A stretch of DNA of 64,000 nucleotides from Dehalococcoidia bacterium (GTDB taxonomy: Bacteria; Chloroflexota; Dehalococcoidia; Lucifugimonadales; UBA3495), in contig OZ244811.1 in the NCBI GenBank assembly GCA_965220105.1, forward strand, positions 1,895,086-1,959,085, read 5' to 3'. Shown in pieces: positions 32,104-43,129 of this stretch. A program made the position numbers and the translations under genes. Within the stretch, counting starts at the first letter, position 1. Each line of letters begins with the position of its first letter. The notes beneath the pieces were generated by a model. That model saw only the letters and a list, made by a program, of their open reading frames with translations. It had not been told where the DNA came from and made no database searches.

Positions 32104-32958
32104 CTACTGCTCACGCACCGTGAACCCCGGCGGGGCTTCGCCTTCCTCCGAGAGTACCTTGACATTGATGATGACTTCAGCGCCGCTGGCCACGTTGACG
32201 ACCACGCTGCTGGGCCCGTGGATGTTCAGTACTCCCGATCCCAGGTCCACCTCGACGTCATCCGGAGAATCGGGATCGTAGGGTACCGGGTTTGTGCTCA
32301 GGACCCGCAGATCCCTGTCAACGTATTGGGCGTTCAGATTAGACCTCCATTTGCTCTTGGGCAGCTGGCGTATAACCCTTTCCACCAGGTCGTCCAGGCC
32401 CCAGAGGACTTTCACTCCCCGATCTCCCTTCATGTCCAGGACCGTCTCGTCGGGTTCCATGTCGGCGAATACCGCCACGGGTAGGACAAACGCACCAAAA
32501 TCGAAGTCCCGGATGATGTCGTCCCTGACCGCCATGGCGGCTTGCCAGGCGCTTTCCAGCGGGTCTTCCACGCTGACAACCTCGCCGTCATCGGCGCGGT
32601 GATACCAGCTGCCGTCCTCCACATCGTAGTCTCCGGAGAGGAAGCAGATTGCGAACCGGCCGATTTTGTGAATAAGGGTGACGCAGTCGGGCGAAGGTAC
32701 GTTGCCCGTCACGCCAGGACGCCACAGCGCGGTACCTCCCCGATCTCTGGCTTTGAATTGAGCCATGGCCTTGAGTTCCACGGTCCTCAATGGCGTTGTG
32801 TCGTTTCCGTTGGTCGAGTTGTTCAATACCTGCATCAGATGCACCTCATGGTGATGAGTGTTGGTTTGGCCGCCGCCGAAATGCAAAAGCGGGCGGCCCA
32901 CGTGCAGTCGTGGGCCGCCCACAGCGTTCGGCATGTCGGCCGTATCGTAGTGGTTCAT
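32104..32958 (-). CDS. NERD-like paralog lacking the nuclease signature
   Basis: 284 aa. It aligns by eye to the 35065-35811 protein (GRFAI/GRFAL, GDY..DGSW/GCY..DGDW, FVLPVAVFAD/FVIPLLVFPD, GVKVLWG/GVYVVWG), but ELDF...QVKGG is replaced by PDCV...CFLSG. Confidence 0.6.
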   Translation of the reverse strand: MNHYDTADMPNAVGGPRLHVGRPLLHFGGGQTNTHHHEVHLMQVLNNSTNGNDTTPLRTVELKAMAQFKARDRGGTALWRPGVTGNVPSPDCVTLIHKIGRFAICFLSGDYDVEDGSWYHRADDGEVVSVEDPLESAWQAAMAVRDDIIRDFDFGAFVLPVAVFADMEPDETVLDMKGDRGVKVLWGLDDLVERVIRQLPKSKWRSNLNAQYVDRDLRVLSTNPVPYDPDSPDDVEVDLGSGVLNIHGPSSVVVNVASGAEVIINVKVLSEEGEAPPGFTVREQ

Positions 32959-33112
32959 AACTGCGAACCGGCTTCATGAAACGTGGGAGGACCGCGCGGG
33001 CGGTTCCTGTCTGGTTGACGATTCATCTGGGTCGATTTCCTTCCATGGGAGGTGGTAGCTGGCTTCGTCGCAAGCGGGATCGGTGGTCAATCTCCGGGGA
33101 GTGATCCGCCCG

Positions 33113-34900
33113 TCATTTAACGCGAACGCTCGTTGTCGTTCTTGGATCAGCCCGCGATCCCATGCGAACCCGGATCCGCCTGGCGTTCAGATCAAGGGCA
33201 CGCTGGCGCGGGTTCGATGCCCGTTCGATCGACTTCGGGTGGACGGTAGCATCGTCGGACCCGAATCGCTGGCGTCCCAAAGCGCGCCGTTCGCTCCGGC
33301 CCATCTCATGCCATCGAGGGGCCTGGTCCCAAATGGGGCCGAAGCGGGCCTTGGGCTCGTCGTTGGCAGTCAGAATGAGCAGGCGCCTGGCCCTGGAGAA
33401 CGCCACGTAATGCTGCCTCATGTGGTCATACAGTGCGACGCGATTGGCCGGCTCGAACGCTGATCGTTCGCCGTGAGGCAGGAGCACACGCCCCACCGGG
33501 TCCACGGTGCGATTGTGGAAATCCAGCGAACCGACGACCACCACGTCCCATTCCAACCCCTTGGACTGGTGGATGGTTGTTACACACACCGCCGAAGCCC
33601 GGCGCCCCACGGCCCCGCGGGCATTCCCGCCGGCCACGTAGACGCTGGCGGGAATGCCACCGTCTTCCAACGCGTCCAGGTATGGGCCGGCCACCGCTTC
33701 TCTCATGCTGTGCAACAGAAGCGCGGTTTGGCCGAAATCGTTGATCACGCCACGGCGTTTCAGAAACCGCAGCAACTGCACGAGCTGCTCGCCCTCGTCC
33801 GCAGGACCCTCTCCCTCGATGGCGATTACGGCCGGATAGTCGTCGTGCCCTGCGTGCTGATGCGGCGTGATGGTCTTGTCGTAACGGAAAGGAGCGCTAT
33901 CTTGGTCCGGGTTGGACCAGTCGGCCGAGGCCATCCAGCGACCGTATGCCCGGACGATAATCGGGTGACTGCGGTAGTTGACGGTGAGTTCCACAACTCG
34001 GCAGTCGTCGAACCGGTCGGGGAAGAGCAGGATGTTCTCCACCCTCGCACCTCGGAAGCGGTAAAGGGACTGGTCCTCGTCGCCCACCACACAAATGTTG
34101 CCGTGGACCCGCGACATTTGTAACAGGAGCTGTTCCTGGGCGTAACTGGTGTCCTGGTATTCGTCGCACATCAGTTGACGGATTTGGGCCGATATTCCCT
34201 GGCGTGCCTCATCGCACTCTTCCACCAGTTCGACCGTCCAACGCTGGAGGTGCGCGAAATCCGCCAATCCGCGATCAAGCAGCAATGCCTCGTAGCGGAG
34301 GTATGACCGTCCCAGGGCGGGTTTGAAGCTGCCGCCGGCATCGATCAGTTCCTGGGGGTCTATCATCTCGTCGCAGATGCGGTCGAAGTATTTGAGCGCA
34401 TTGCGTATCAGTGCGGGTCGCCGTCGCCAGCCACGCCGCTCTAGGAGACGCCGGTCGGGGCCGAAGACTCGCCCGACGCTGAGGGCCAGCAGGTCCTGCT
34501 GTTCCTCTTCGTTCAGCAGCCGGAGGTTGCGACGGAATCCCCCAAGGCGCCCATGACGCCGCAGCAGACTGCCGGACAACCCGTGGATGGTGGTGATGCG
34601 CACCCGGCTCAAATCGCCCCTGTAGCCGGCCCCGGCCGCGCCGGCGGCAGCGTCGAAACGGGTGCGCATTTCCCGGGCCGTCGCGCGGTTGTAGGTGCAG
34701 ACCAGCAGTTCTCCGGGATCTACCATACCCAGGAGCAGCAGGTTTACCGCTCGCAGTACGATGGCCAGGGTCTTGCCCGCTCCCGGGCCGGCGATGCCCA
34801 GCAGGGGCCCATACCGGTGGCCGATCAGGTCCAGCTGTTGGTCATTGAGTTCAGGGTGCAGGCGGCGTATGGTGGGTGCGATGGTGTCGAACGATTTCAT
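33113..34900 (-). CDS. UvrD/Rep-like SF1 helicase
   Basis: 595 aa from the ATG at 34900 (GGAGGAG RBS). Motifs GPGAGKT, DEYQDT, VGDEDQSLYRFRGA, NYRS, TIHQSKGLEWD and YVAFSRARR are present. Confidence 0.9.
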   Translation of the reverse strand: MKSFDTIAPTIRRLHPELNDQQLDLIGHRYGPLLGIAGPGAGKTLAIVLRAVNLLLLGMVDPGELLVCTYNRATAREMRTRFDAAAGAAGAGYRGDLSRVRITTIHGLSGSLLRRHGRLGGFRRNLRLLNEEEQQDLLALSVGRVFGPDRRLLERRGWRRRPALIRNALKYFDRICDEMIDPQELIDAGGSFKPALGRSYLRYEALLLDRGLADFAHLQRWTVELVEECDEARQGISAQIRQLMCDEYQDTSYAQEQLLLQMSRVHGNICVVGDEDQSLYRFRGARVENILLFPDRFDDCRVVELTVNYRSHPIIVRAYGRWMASADWSNPDQDSAPFRYDKTITPHQHAGHDDYPAVIAIEGEGPADEGEQLVQLLRFLKRRGVINDFGQTALLLHSMREAVAGPYLDALEDGGIPASVYVAGGNARGAVGRRASAVCVTTIHQSKGLEWDVVVVGSLDFHNRTVDPVGRVLLPHGERSAFEPANRVALYDHMRQHYVAFSRARRLLILTANDEPKARFGPIWDQAPRWHEMGRSERRALGRQRFGSDDATVHPKSIERASNPRQRALDLNARRIRVRMGSRADPRTTTSVRVK

Positions 34901-35064
34901 GACTATCTCCTCCAACGAAGGTTCACAGAATTACGGGGTTGGGTTGTCCTGACTGCAGCACGACGTAAAACGCGCCGCTGTGACGACAGCAGCGCGGCCG
35001 GGCAGACGGGACGGGGCAGGATTTGCGGCCTTCCGGAATAATCTGAAGCAGGGAACGCCCCCAC

Positions 35065-35811
35065 TCAACGGTGGGGGCGGCGGCGAGTTTGTTTTGTTTG
35101 TATCCGGACGCGAAGCGTGCCCGCTTCAACTTTGAACACGTCCGACCCGCCAACCTTGAGCGACAACGACGCTTTTTGGCTTACGGACGGCACGGTGGCT
35201 TCGCCATTGACCGGGTCGAGAGCGGGCGCATCGGCTACCTCCCTCAGCCGGATCAGCCCATCCGTAACGGCATGTACTTCTCTGGCGATCTGTGCGGAGT
35301 CGAGGGACGCGCGCACGCTGCGCCCGCGCACGATGCCCTCCAGGTTGTCGGGAAGGTTCGCGGTTCCCCAGACCACGTATACTCCCTGCCTGCTGGCCAG
35401 CCGGTCAATGTCCGAATCGCCGTGCTTATCAGGGAAGACGAGCAGCGGGATCACGAATGGGTTGTAGTCGGTTTTCGCACGCTCTTTGACGTCATCGTGA
35501 AGGTCCAGCGCCGCGATTTTTGTCTCGTCCAGCGGGGATGAGGCGACGGTTTTGAGCCCTTCCCGGGTCTGGAGGCGCCAATCGCCATCTATCAGGCGGT
35601 AACAGCCGCCTTTTACCTGCAATGCGAAACGCCCCAAACCCTCTATCCAGACGGCGAAGTCCAACTCGATTTGTTCATGACCCTTGCGCCACTCGTAATA
35701 GCAGAAGCCCTGGCGACCACAATCAGCCAGGGCTTCGTAGACCCGACGCTCCGCTCGCCGCTTCGGGATTTTCAGGCGGGCTGGCGGAAATTCCTTGGGA
35801 TACATTCTCAT
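35065..35811 (-). CDS. NERD-domain nuclease-like protein
   Basis: 248 aa from the ATG at 35811 (GAGAGAG RBS). Reads ERRVYEALA...IELDFAVW..GRFALQVKGG. The longer ORF to 35991 reads through an IS110 remnant. Confidence 0.7.
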   Translation of the reverse strand: MRMYPKEFPPARLKIPKRRAERRVYEALADCGRQGFCYYEWRKGHEQIELDFAVWIEGLGRFALQVKGGCYRLIDGDWRLQTREGLKTVASSPLDETKIAALDLHDDVKERAKTDYNPFVIPLLVFPDKHGDSDIDRLASRQGVYVVWGTANLPDNLEGIVRGRSVRASLDSAQIAREVHAVTDGLIRLREVADAPALDPVNGEATVPSVSQKASLSLKVGGSDVFKVEAGTLRVRIQTKQTRRRPHR

Positions 35812-35889
35812 ACTCTCTCGCTTCTCCTTTTCCTCTGCTTGGTCGGTGGGCGCAGTGGAAGTTTCGGATGCGGGGTTGGTGTGGGCGCC

Positions 35890-36990
35890 AGGCTTCTTGT
35901 AGCCAGACGAGCGCGGCGCGTTCTTCTGGTTCCGCTTTTGGCCATGAAGAGCGGAAGGTTGGCCATAGCTGCGGTCATCTAACCGCCCCAACTGGGCTTC
36001 AATCTCCTGGTTGCACTCGGCAATCTTGCTCTGGTAGAACCGGTTCAGTTCCGGGGCCCGGGTCAGCTCGAAGATGTGATCGTCGTGCCGGTGCCCCCGC
36101 AGAGACTTGGCGGCGGTCTTCTCGACGGTCTTGATACCAGGTTGCGCAGGCGAGCCACCTTCCGCAGGTTCGGTTCACCAGCCACGATGGCCTCTATGAT
36201 ATCCATGCCTTCCTTGCCGGTGATGTCGCTGATCACGCACTGCAACTTCGCGTTGATCTGGGTCAGCGCCTTGTGCATATTGCTGGACGTGGTGGGAGGC
36301 GTATCCCGCCAGCGTGACCCGTTGCCGCAGGTAGCTGCGCAGACGCCGAATGTTTCCGTCCAGACGGAAAGATTCGGAGAGCAGGCCGTAAGTGTGCAAC
36401 TACTGCAGCCACTGGCATTCCAAAAAGTCGGTCTCGCGCCCCGGCACGTTCTTGATGCGCCGTGGGACCATAGCGTCACTTGAAAGTCCCGGTCTTCCAG
36501 GATCCCGGAGGGGTATCCGGTAGACCCCGGTGGACCCCATGACCACGGTCTCCACTCCGCATTCAGCAAGCCAGGCGGCACAGGTCAACGGCGTGGGCGG
36601 CAAACTCTTTGACCGGCGGCTCCATTCGGTGAGGACGCGGCGGGCGCTCGGCAAAGCGAGCGCGGCGATTCCCGAGAACAGTTCCGGTCGAACCGTTGGG
36701 ACTCTGCGACCAGCCAGTTGGGTTCTCTCCCCAACGGCACATGCGAGGAAGTGGACCGCGGCAGCTCCCTCGTTGGGCATCTGGTTTGACCGTTGGGCCT
36801 CGAGGCCGTTGAATCGCAACGGATTTGCGAGTTGCTACCGGCGAGCCAATGCGCTCGTAGGCATCGGCGTGATTCTTCGCCCAAGCGGGAATAACCTGCA
36901 CGTCCCAGCCTGGGTTGACGGGGGCGTTGGATGCGTGGCACGCGGTGGTTTCTCAACCACTGGGCCACAAAAACACGATTGAATTGCGTC
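35890..36990 (-). mobile_element. IS110-family transposase remnant (multiple frames, 3-prime truncated)
   Basis: Pieces are spread over three frames: AWAKNHAD, CGVETVVMGSTGVY, KNVPGRETDFLECQWLQ, HKALTQINAKLQCVISDITGKEGMDII, FYQSKIAECNQEIEAQL. Confidence 0.7.
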
Positions 36991-37185
36991 AATTAATTGG
37001 TTCAATGAGCCGTTGAGCGATTATCAATTTAATGAACGTCAAATCAGTCAAATTACTCCATCACGTCGGCTGTTTTGACATAGGCAGAATTTTCGCCGTC
37101 AATCAAGTCAATTGGATCACATTCTGGGATCCACAGGGGGCTATACACAGAAAGACGCGCAAACAGCGTGGGAATCTGGGTCAAC
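36988..37185 (-). repeat. AT-rich segment with six (A/T)TTGAC direct repeats, two as 10-bp-phased pairs
   Basis: Plus-strand GTCAA(T/A/C) at 36988, 37038, 37047, 37098, 37107 and 37180. Directly upstream of the IS110 transposase N-terminus. Confidence 0.6.
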
Positions 37186-37544
37186 AAATTTCGCGCGCTT
37201 ATGGCCAGTGATCTCAGAACGATGGTGGGTTGTTCAGGTAAGGCGGCAGCGATTTTGATGATCCGTTCCGTTTCCCCTAAGTCCGAATCCACCGAAGGGA
37301 TGAGGCGGTGTTGGCCAGATGAGGGGTGATCGGCCAGGGAAAGGATGGCGAGGCTGTGATGCTGATAGGAGCAGACGATGCAGATTGCGGGTGCCACGCC
37401 AGCGGGATGTTGGCGGCCTGTGGTGGCGGGGTTGGAGCGATCATCATCGCAAATCGCCGGTGCAGACCGTCAGGAGCACAGCCTGGGCGCTCATCGGCCA
37501 AGTATGTGGCGTCATGGTGGACAGGTCAAACGCCGAGGGCTGCG

Positions 37545-38725
37545 TCAGAAAGGAAGTGGCAGGGCGCGCAATCTGGCCAGGGCGGAGCTGAACAGGTTGT
37601 GTTAGGGCCAGCCTTGAGGCAGATGCAGGGTGAGGCGGCGGGCCTTGTGGGTGAGGCGTCCGGCCAGGGAGAAGAAGGGTCGCCGGAGGGTCTCGGTGTC
37701 GCTACCGGTTCACCCAAGCCGAGGCGCTTGGTCCAGCGAACCAGGTTGTCGGCGATGGCTGGACGGCCAGCCAGGGGGCGTTGGCGGGAAAGCGACCCGA
37801 GGGCAGGTCGTTGAGGCCTACGCCGTACTTCAGGTCAGGGATGGTGTTCTCGATCTCCGCGTGGCGACGATGGTCGGCCCCCAGATCCACCATCTAACCC
37901 TCTCGGTCAGTGATGCAGGCGTGATAGCTGTAGTTGGCAAACAGGGCCCGTTGGGAGGCGGGGGTGGGCTTCACTCTTCGCACGATGAGCCGTACCGATG
38001 CAGCGCCGGGCTCACCGCCAAATGGTGTGTATTCAGTCTAGGCTACGTCGGCGGTGCCCTCCATCCAGTAGGGTTTGGGCGTCCAGTCCGTCTCGGGTAT
38101 GGCCTCGATCAAGTTGCGCACACTTTGGCGCTGGCGTACGGTGACGGAGAGGCGGACCTTCATCTTCCGGCAGACGGCGACGATACCGTGGGTGTAGAAG
38201 CCGTTGTCGGCCCGTACGGTGAGCGGTCCGGTGGCTCCGGCGTCGCGTACTCGGCTGATGGTCTCCCATAGGAAATTGGGCGGCGGCCCGCGCCGCGTTG
38301 GCTCGGCCCTGGCGAAGCCTGCCATCAGCACGTCGCCGGTGCCAGCGGCGATGGCCAACAGCGGATGATAGCCTCGCTGTCCGGCGTAGTTGTGGCGCTG
38401 TGCACCTTCCTTGGCCAGCCCGTAGGTCTCGCAGACGGTGGAGTCCAGGTCGATGGTCGGCGGATCATCGCCCGGTCCGGCCCCAGCCGCTCGGGCCCGA
38501 GCCAGCAACTCAAGGCTCACCCGATCCACCTGTCTCACATGGCCCCACCGGAAACTCCACAGGAAGCTACCCAGTGTGGACGCGCCTTGACCGCGCAGCC
38601 CAGGACCTGCCCCGTACCGCCAGCGCGCAGCGCGTCGGCATCATCAATGCGGTCCCCACCGGCCAGCGCCGACGCCACCAACGTCAGCAACTTGTCCCCC
38701 GCATTGGCCCGACCCGACGCATATC
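37545..38725 (-). mobile_element. IS1380-family transposase remnant
   Basis: Pieces GDKLLTLVASALAGGDRIDDADALR, TIDLDSTVCETYG, RADNGFY, AEIENTIPDLKYG and LAGRLTHKARRLTLHLPQGWP, with frameshifts and stops between them. Confidence 0.7.
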
Positions 38726-38972
38726 CCAGGTCAACATGGCGGCCCACCAACTCCCGGTGCAGCACCAAGCAGTTTACCAACCCCTCGGCCATCCTGTGGT
38801 CGATGTAGTTCGTGTACGTGTCCTGCTTCGACGGCCGCCGCCGCAGTTTCGGACGCATCGCCTCTGCCGACTTCAGGCACCGACGCACCGTGTTGCGCGA
38901 TATGTCCAGCTCCCGGGCTATGTCTCAGATCGAACGTCCCGCGCCTGTCATCTCGTAGATCTCGTCCATCAT
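38725..38972 (-). mobile_element. Second IS21-family IstA N-terminal fragment with in-frame TGA
   Basis: Reads MMDEIYEMTGAGRSI-TGA-DIARELDISRNTVRR...RPSKQDTY...LHRELVG and runs in frame into IS1380-like sequence. The stop is at 38925-38927. Confidence 0.6.
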
Positions 38973-39097
38973 TCCCAGCGTTAGCAAGGTCTCTGCGGCA
39001 CCTCCGCGAAAAGTCCGCAGATGATGCCACCACCGCGCGGTGGGTCAGTTCCACTTTGCTACTTTTGTTGCTGGTCTACGATTCGGTCAGTAGCTAA

Positions 39098-40697
39098 CTG
39101 GTCAGGGAAAATATCAGTCCCATGAAGGACCTGACATTGAACCAGCTAGAACAGACGAGACTCCACGTGCTCAACTCAGTATTGGAACACCAGCTACCGG
39201 TAGCCAGGCCGCCGAGGTCCTGGGGGTGAGTGAGCGCCATGCCTGGCGACTTCTGGCGGCCTATCGGAGGGAAGGCGCCGCCGCACTTGCTCACGGGAAC
39301 CGGGGCCGTAAGCCACGCAACACCGTGGCCGACGACGAGGCCAACGCGGTGGTGCAGCTGGCTAGCACCACCTATGCTGGAGCCATCAACACCCACCTCA
39401 CCGAGTTGCTCAAGGAACGAGAGGGCATCGACATGAGCCGGCCCACGGTGCGGCGCATTCTGACCAGGGCGGGGATCTCCAGTCCGCGCCACCGGCGTCC
39501 GCCCAAGCATCGGGTGCGAAGGCAACGGATGCCCCAGGCTGGGATGATGGTGCAGATCGACGGCAGTTTCCACCGGTGGCTGGGCGATGACGGTCCCCAA
39601 TTCACCCTGCTGCTGGCGGTGGACGACGCCACCAGCGCCGTGGTCAACGCGGTGTTTAGTCCCGAGGAGGACACCCGGGGCTACTTCATCCTGATGCAGG
39701 ACCTGATCGAACGCTGGGGCCGGCCCATCGCCCGGTACGGCGACCGCCACGGCGTGTTCAAGTTCTCGGGCCGGCCCAGGCATATCCAGCCGCCGGTGGA
39801 GGCCACTCACTTCAGCAAGGCCATGGCGGAACTGGGCATCCAACAGATCTTCGCCCGCTCTCCTCAGGCCAAGGGCCGGGTGGAACGCGCCGCGGAAACC
39901 TTCCAGGACCGGCTGGTGACTGAACTGCGTCTCGCCGGAGCCAGGACCATAGACCACGCTAACGCCGTGCTGCGGGATTTCCTGCCCCGGTACAACGCCC
40001 AGTTTGCTGTCCCTGCCGAACTGGCCGAGCCGGCCTACCGTCCGTGGCACAGAAATCTGCCCTTGGATGAAATCCTCTGCATCAAGCACACCCGCAAGGT
40101 GGCCAGGGACAACACGGTCAAGTACAACTGGCGCACCCTGCAGCTGCTGCCTGGCGAGGAGCGTCCCAGCTACGCCGGTGTGCAGGTGGAGGTCCTCGAA
40201 CACACCGACGGCCGCCTCCAGGTGCGCCACGAAGGCGAGATCATCCCCAGCCGGCCCGCGCCGCCCCGACCCGGCGCCCTGCGCGCTTCCCATGGCGCCC
40301 TGGCCCCCACGCCGGAAATCGGCCGCATCGTGAAACGCCTGGGCAACCACCGCATCAGTCAGACACAACTGCGGAACCTGGCCAACCTGGAGCCCGATCC
40401 CGTCGTCGAGGAACCGGCGGTCGACAACAATCACAGTGAACCCCCCAACTCGCCGGGAACTCGCGCCGCGACAGCTGGCCCTCTGGAAGGCCGTGCAGCA
40501 GGCCCAAGCCCAGGGCCTTTCCCTGCGCGCGATCTCGCGCCAACTGGGCGTGCACCGCAACACCGTCCGCAAGTACGCCTGCTCCCCAACCCAGCCGACC
40601 AATCGACCCATCAACCGTGGCGCCAGCCGATCACATCAACCAACCACCAACCGCTCAGACTGACATTTTCCCTTTACATTTAAACTGACAGAGTCGC
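39098..40697 (+). mobile_element. ISNCY/IS481-like element (rve-type integrase-core transposase), two frameshifts
   Basis: Main ORF 39226-40683 (HGNRGRKP..., DGSFHRW, DDATS, YGDRHGVF, SPQAKGRVER). The N-terminus is in another frame from the ATG at 39122 and a C-terminal HTH is in a third frame (40436-40663). The shifts sit at C-runs 39204 and 40441-40446. Terminal IR core is AGGGAAAAT(A/G)TCAGTC. Confidence 0.7.
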
Positions 40698-40713
40698 TGG
40701 ACAACGACACTAG

Positions 40714-41919
40714 GACCGTTTCAATCTGATCTTGTCGGATAGATATGTTGGAGCTTACGGCGAGCATCTTGGGTGGTAAACCGCCAGTCGATGGCTAATC
40801 TTGCTGCGTTGCGCTCGCGTTCGAGCGCCGCAACCTCTCGCCGCAGCTCCGCCTCATCGCTGATACGGCGGTTCAGACATCCCCTGCTGAAGACGCTCAA
40901 CTCGATCTCAGCCATGTTCAGCCAGCTGCCGTGGGTGGGGGTGTAATGAAACTCGAGGCGTTGGGCGATGCGCCGAGCTTCGGATGGCTCAAATGCTTCG
41001 TAGAGCGCGCCGAGCTTGTGGGTGTTGAGGTTGTCCAGTACCAGCCTGACCACCTCGGCATCAGGGTAGGCCTCGTCCACCAGCCACCGCATCTGGTGCG
41101 CGAAGTCCACGGCAGTGCGGCGCTCGGTCACCTCCACAGGTCTCCAGCCACCCCTCGGCTCACAGATCATGAACAGGTTCCGGGTCCCGTTACGCTGGTA
41201 CTCGGTGTCATAGCGTGCCACCCGTCCCGGGGCAGCCTCCAGGGGCGGACGCACCTCCCCGGTCAATTGCCGGGAGGTCTCGTCGAAACACACTACCGGA
41301 CGCTCCGGGTTGTACGCCGGTTGGTACAGGTCCAGCACGTCCTCCATCCGCGCCACGAACTCCCCGCTCACCTTGGGGATACACCACTCTTGCTTCTTCC
41401 ACGGCTTGAGTTCATTTTTTTGAGTAGCTGGCGCACCGTCTCCAGGGAGATGCTATCGGCAAACTCCAACTCCACCACCTGGTCGGCCAACAACTGGAGT
41501 GTCCAGTGCGTGTGCCCTTCGGGCGCGGCGCTGCACGCGAAGGCGATCAGGTGCGCTTCCTGCTTGCCGTCCAGCTTGCGCTCCTGGCCCGGCCGCGGTC
41601 GGTCATTGATGGCGGCCTCAAGTCCTTCCTCCACGTACCGCTTCCGCGCTCTGGCGACCGTGGCCGCGTTGACCAACAGCACATCGGCTAGCTCACGGTC
41701 CCGAAGCCCCTGGTCAGCCTTGAGCAGCGACAGCGCCCGCTTCACGGTGCGCACTGACGCCTTGCCTCGCTGGGACACCTCATTGAGACGGGAGCGTTCG
41801 GCCTCGGTCAGCTCTACTTTATACTTGATGGCAGCCATGGCTGGGCACTTCCTCACACAAAGCTCATGCCCAAGTATGGCTGCCTTCTCATATTCTTACA
41901 AATCTATCTAGTAACGGTA
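40714..41919 (-). mobile_element. IS630-family element, copy 1
   Basis: OrfA 41368-41856 (HTH) and OrfB 40721-41371 (DDE) are joined at an A7 slippery run (41415-41421). Ends are (G/T)ACCGTTTC...GTAACGGTA, flanked by CTAG. Confidence 0.9.
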
Positions 41920-41923
41920 CTAG

Positions 41924-43129
41924 TACCGTTTCAATCTGATCTTGTCGGATAGATATGTTGGAGCTTACGGCGAGCATCTTGGGTGGTAAACCGCCAGTCG
42001 ATGGCTAATCTTGCTGCGTTGCGCTCGCGTTCGAGCGCCGCAACCTCTCGCCGCAGCTCCGCCTCATCGCTGATACGGCGGTTCAGACATCCCCTGCTGA
42101 AGACGCTCAACTCGATCTCAGCCATATTCAGCCAGCTGCCGTGGGTGGGAGTGCAATGAAACTCGAGGCGTTGGGCGATGCGCCGAGCTTCGGATGGCTC
42201 AAATGCTTCGTAGAGCGCGCCGAGCTGGTGGGTGTTGAGGTTGTCCAGTACCAGCCTGACCACCTCGGCATCAGGGTAGGCCTCGTCCACCAGCCACCGC
42301 ATCTGGTGCGCGAAGTCCACGGCAGTGCGGCGCTCGGTCACCTCCACAGGTCTCCAGCCACCCCTCGGCTCACAGATCATGAACAGGTTCCGGGTCCCGT
42401 TACGCTGGTACTCGGTGTCATAGCGTGCCACCCGTCCCGGGGCAGCCTCCAGGGGCGGACGCACCTCTCCAGTCAATTGCCGGGAGGTCTCGTCGAAACA
42501 CACTACCGGACGCTCCGGATTGCACTCCGGTTGGTACAGGTCCAGCACGTCCTCCATCCGCGCCACGAACTCCCCGCTCACCTTGGGGATACACCACTCT
42601 TGCTTCTTCCAGGGCTTGAGTTCGTTTTTTTGAGCATCTGGCGCACCGTCTCCAGGGAGATGCTATCGGCAAACTCCAACTCCACCACCTGGTCGGCCAA
42701 CAACTGGAGTGTCCAGTGCGTGTGCCCTTCGGGCGCGGCGCTGCACGCAATGGCGATCAGGTGCGCTTCCTGCTTGCCGTCCAGCTTGCGCTCCTGGCCC
42801 GGCCGCGGTCGGTCATTGCTGGCGGCCTCAAGTCCTTCCTCCACGTACCGCTTCCGCGCTCTGGCGACCGTGGCCGCGTTGACCAACAGCACATCGGCTA
42901 GCTCACGGTCCCCAAGCCCCTGGTCAGCCTTGAGCAGCGACAGCGCACGCTTCACGGTGCGCACTGACGCCTTGCCTCGCTGGGACACCTCATTGAGACG
43001 GGAGCGTTCGGCCTCGGTCAGCTCTACTTTATACTTGATGGCAGCCCTGGCTGGGCATTTCCTCACACAAAGCTCATGCCCAAGTATGGCTGCTTTCTTA
43101 TATTCTTACAAATCTACCTAGTAACGGTA
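41924..43129 (-). mobile_element. IS630-family element, copy 2 (tandem, slightly diverged)
   Basis: Same 1206-bp architecture, 4 bp (CTAG) after copy 1. There are at least 11 amino-acid substitutions. The OrfA ATG is changed to AGG (MAAIKY becomes RAAIKY). Confidence 0.9.

Noticed and set aside
37053-37397. 114-aa ORF in the AT-rich region next to the IS110 remnant
   Set aside because: It has no RBS or motif and overlaps the phased ATTGAC repeat array. It may be non-coding element end sequence, so it is kept only as a note.
40931-43121. 326-aa plus-strand ORFs (40931-41911 and 42141-43121)
   Set aside because: They are antisense to the IS630 transposase frames in both copies, and their composition looks non-protein-like.
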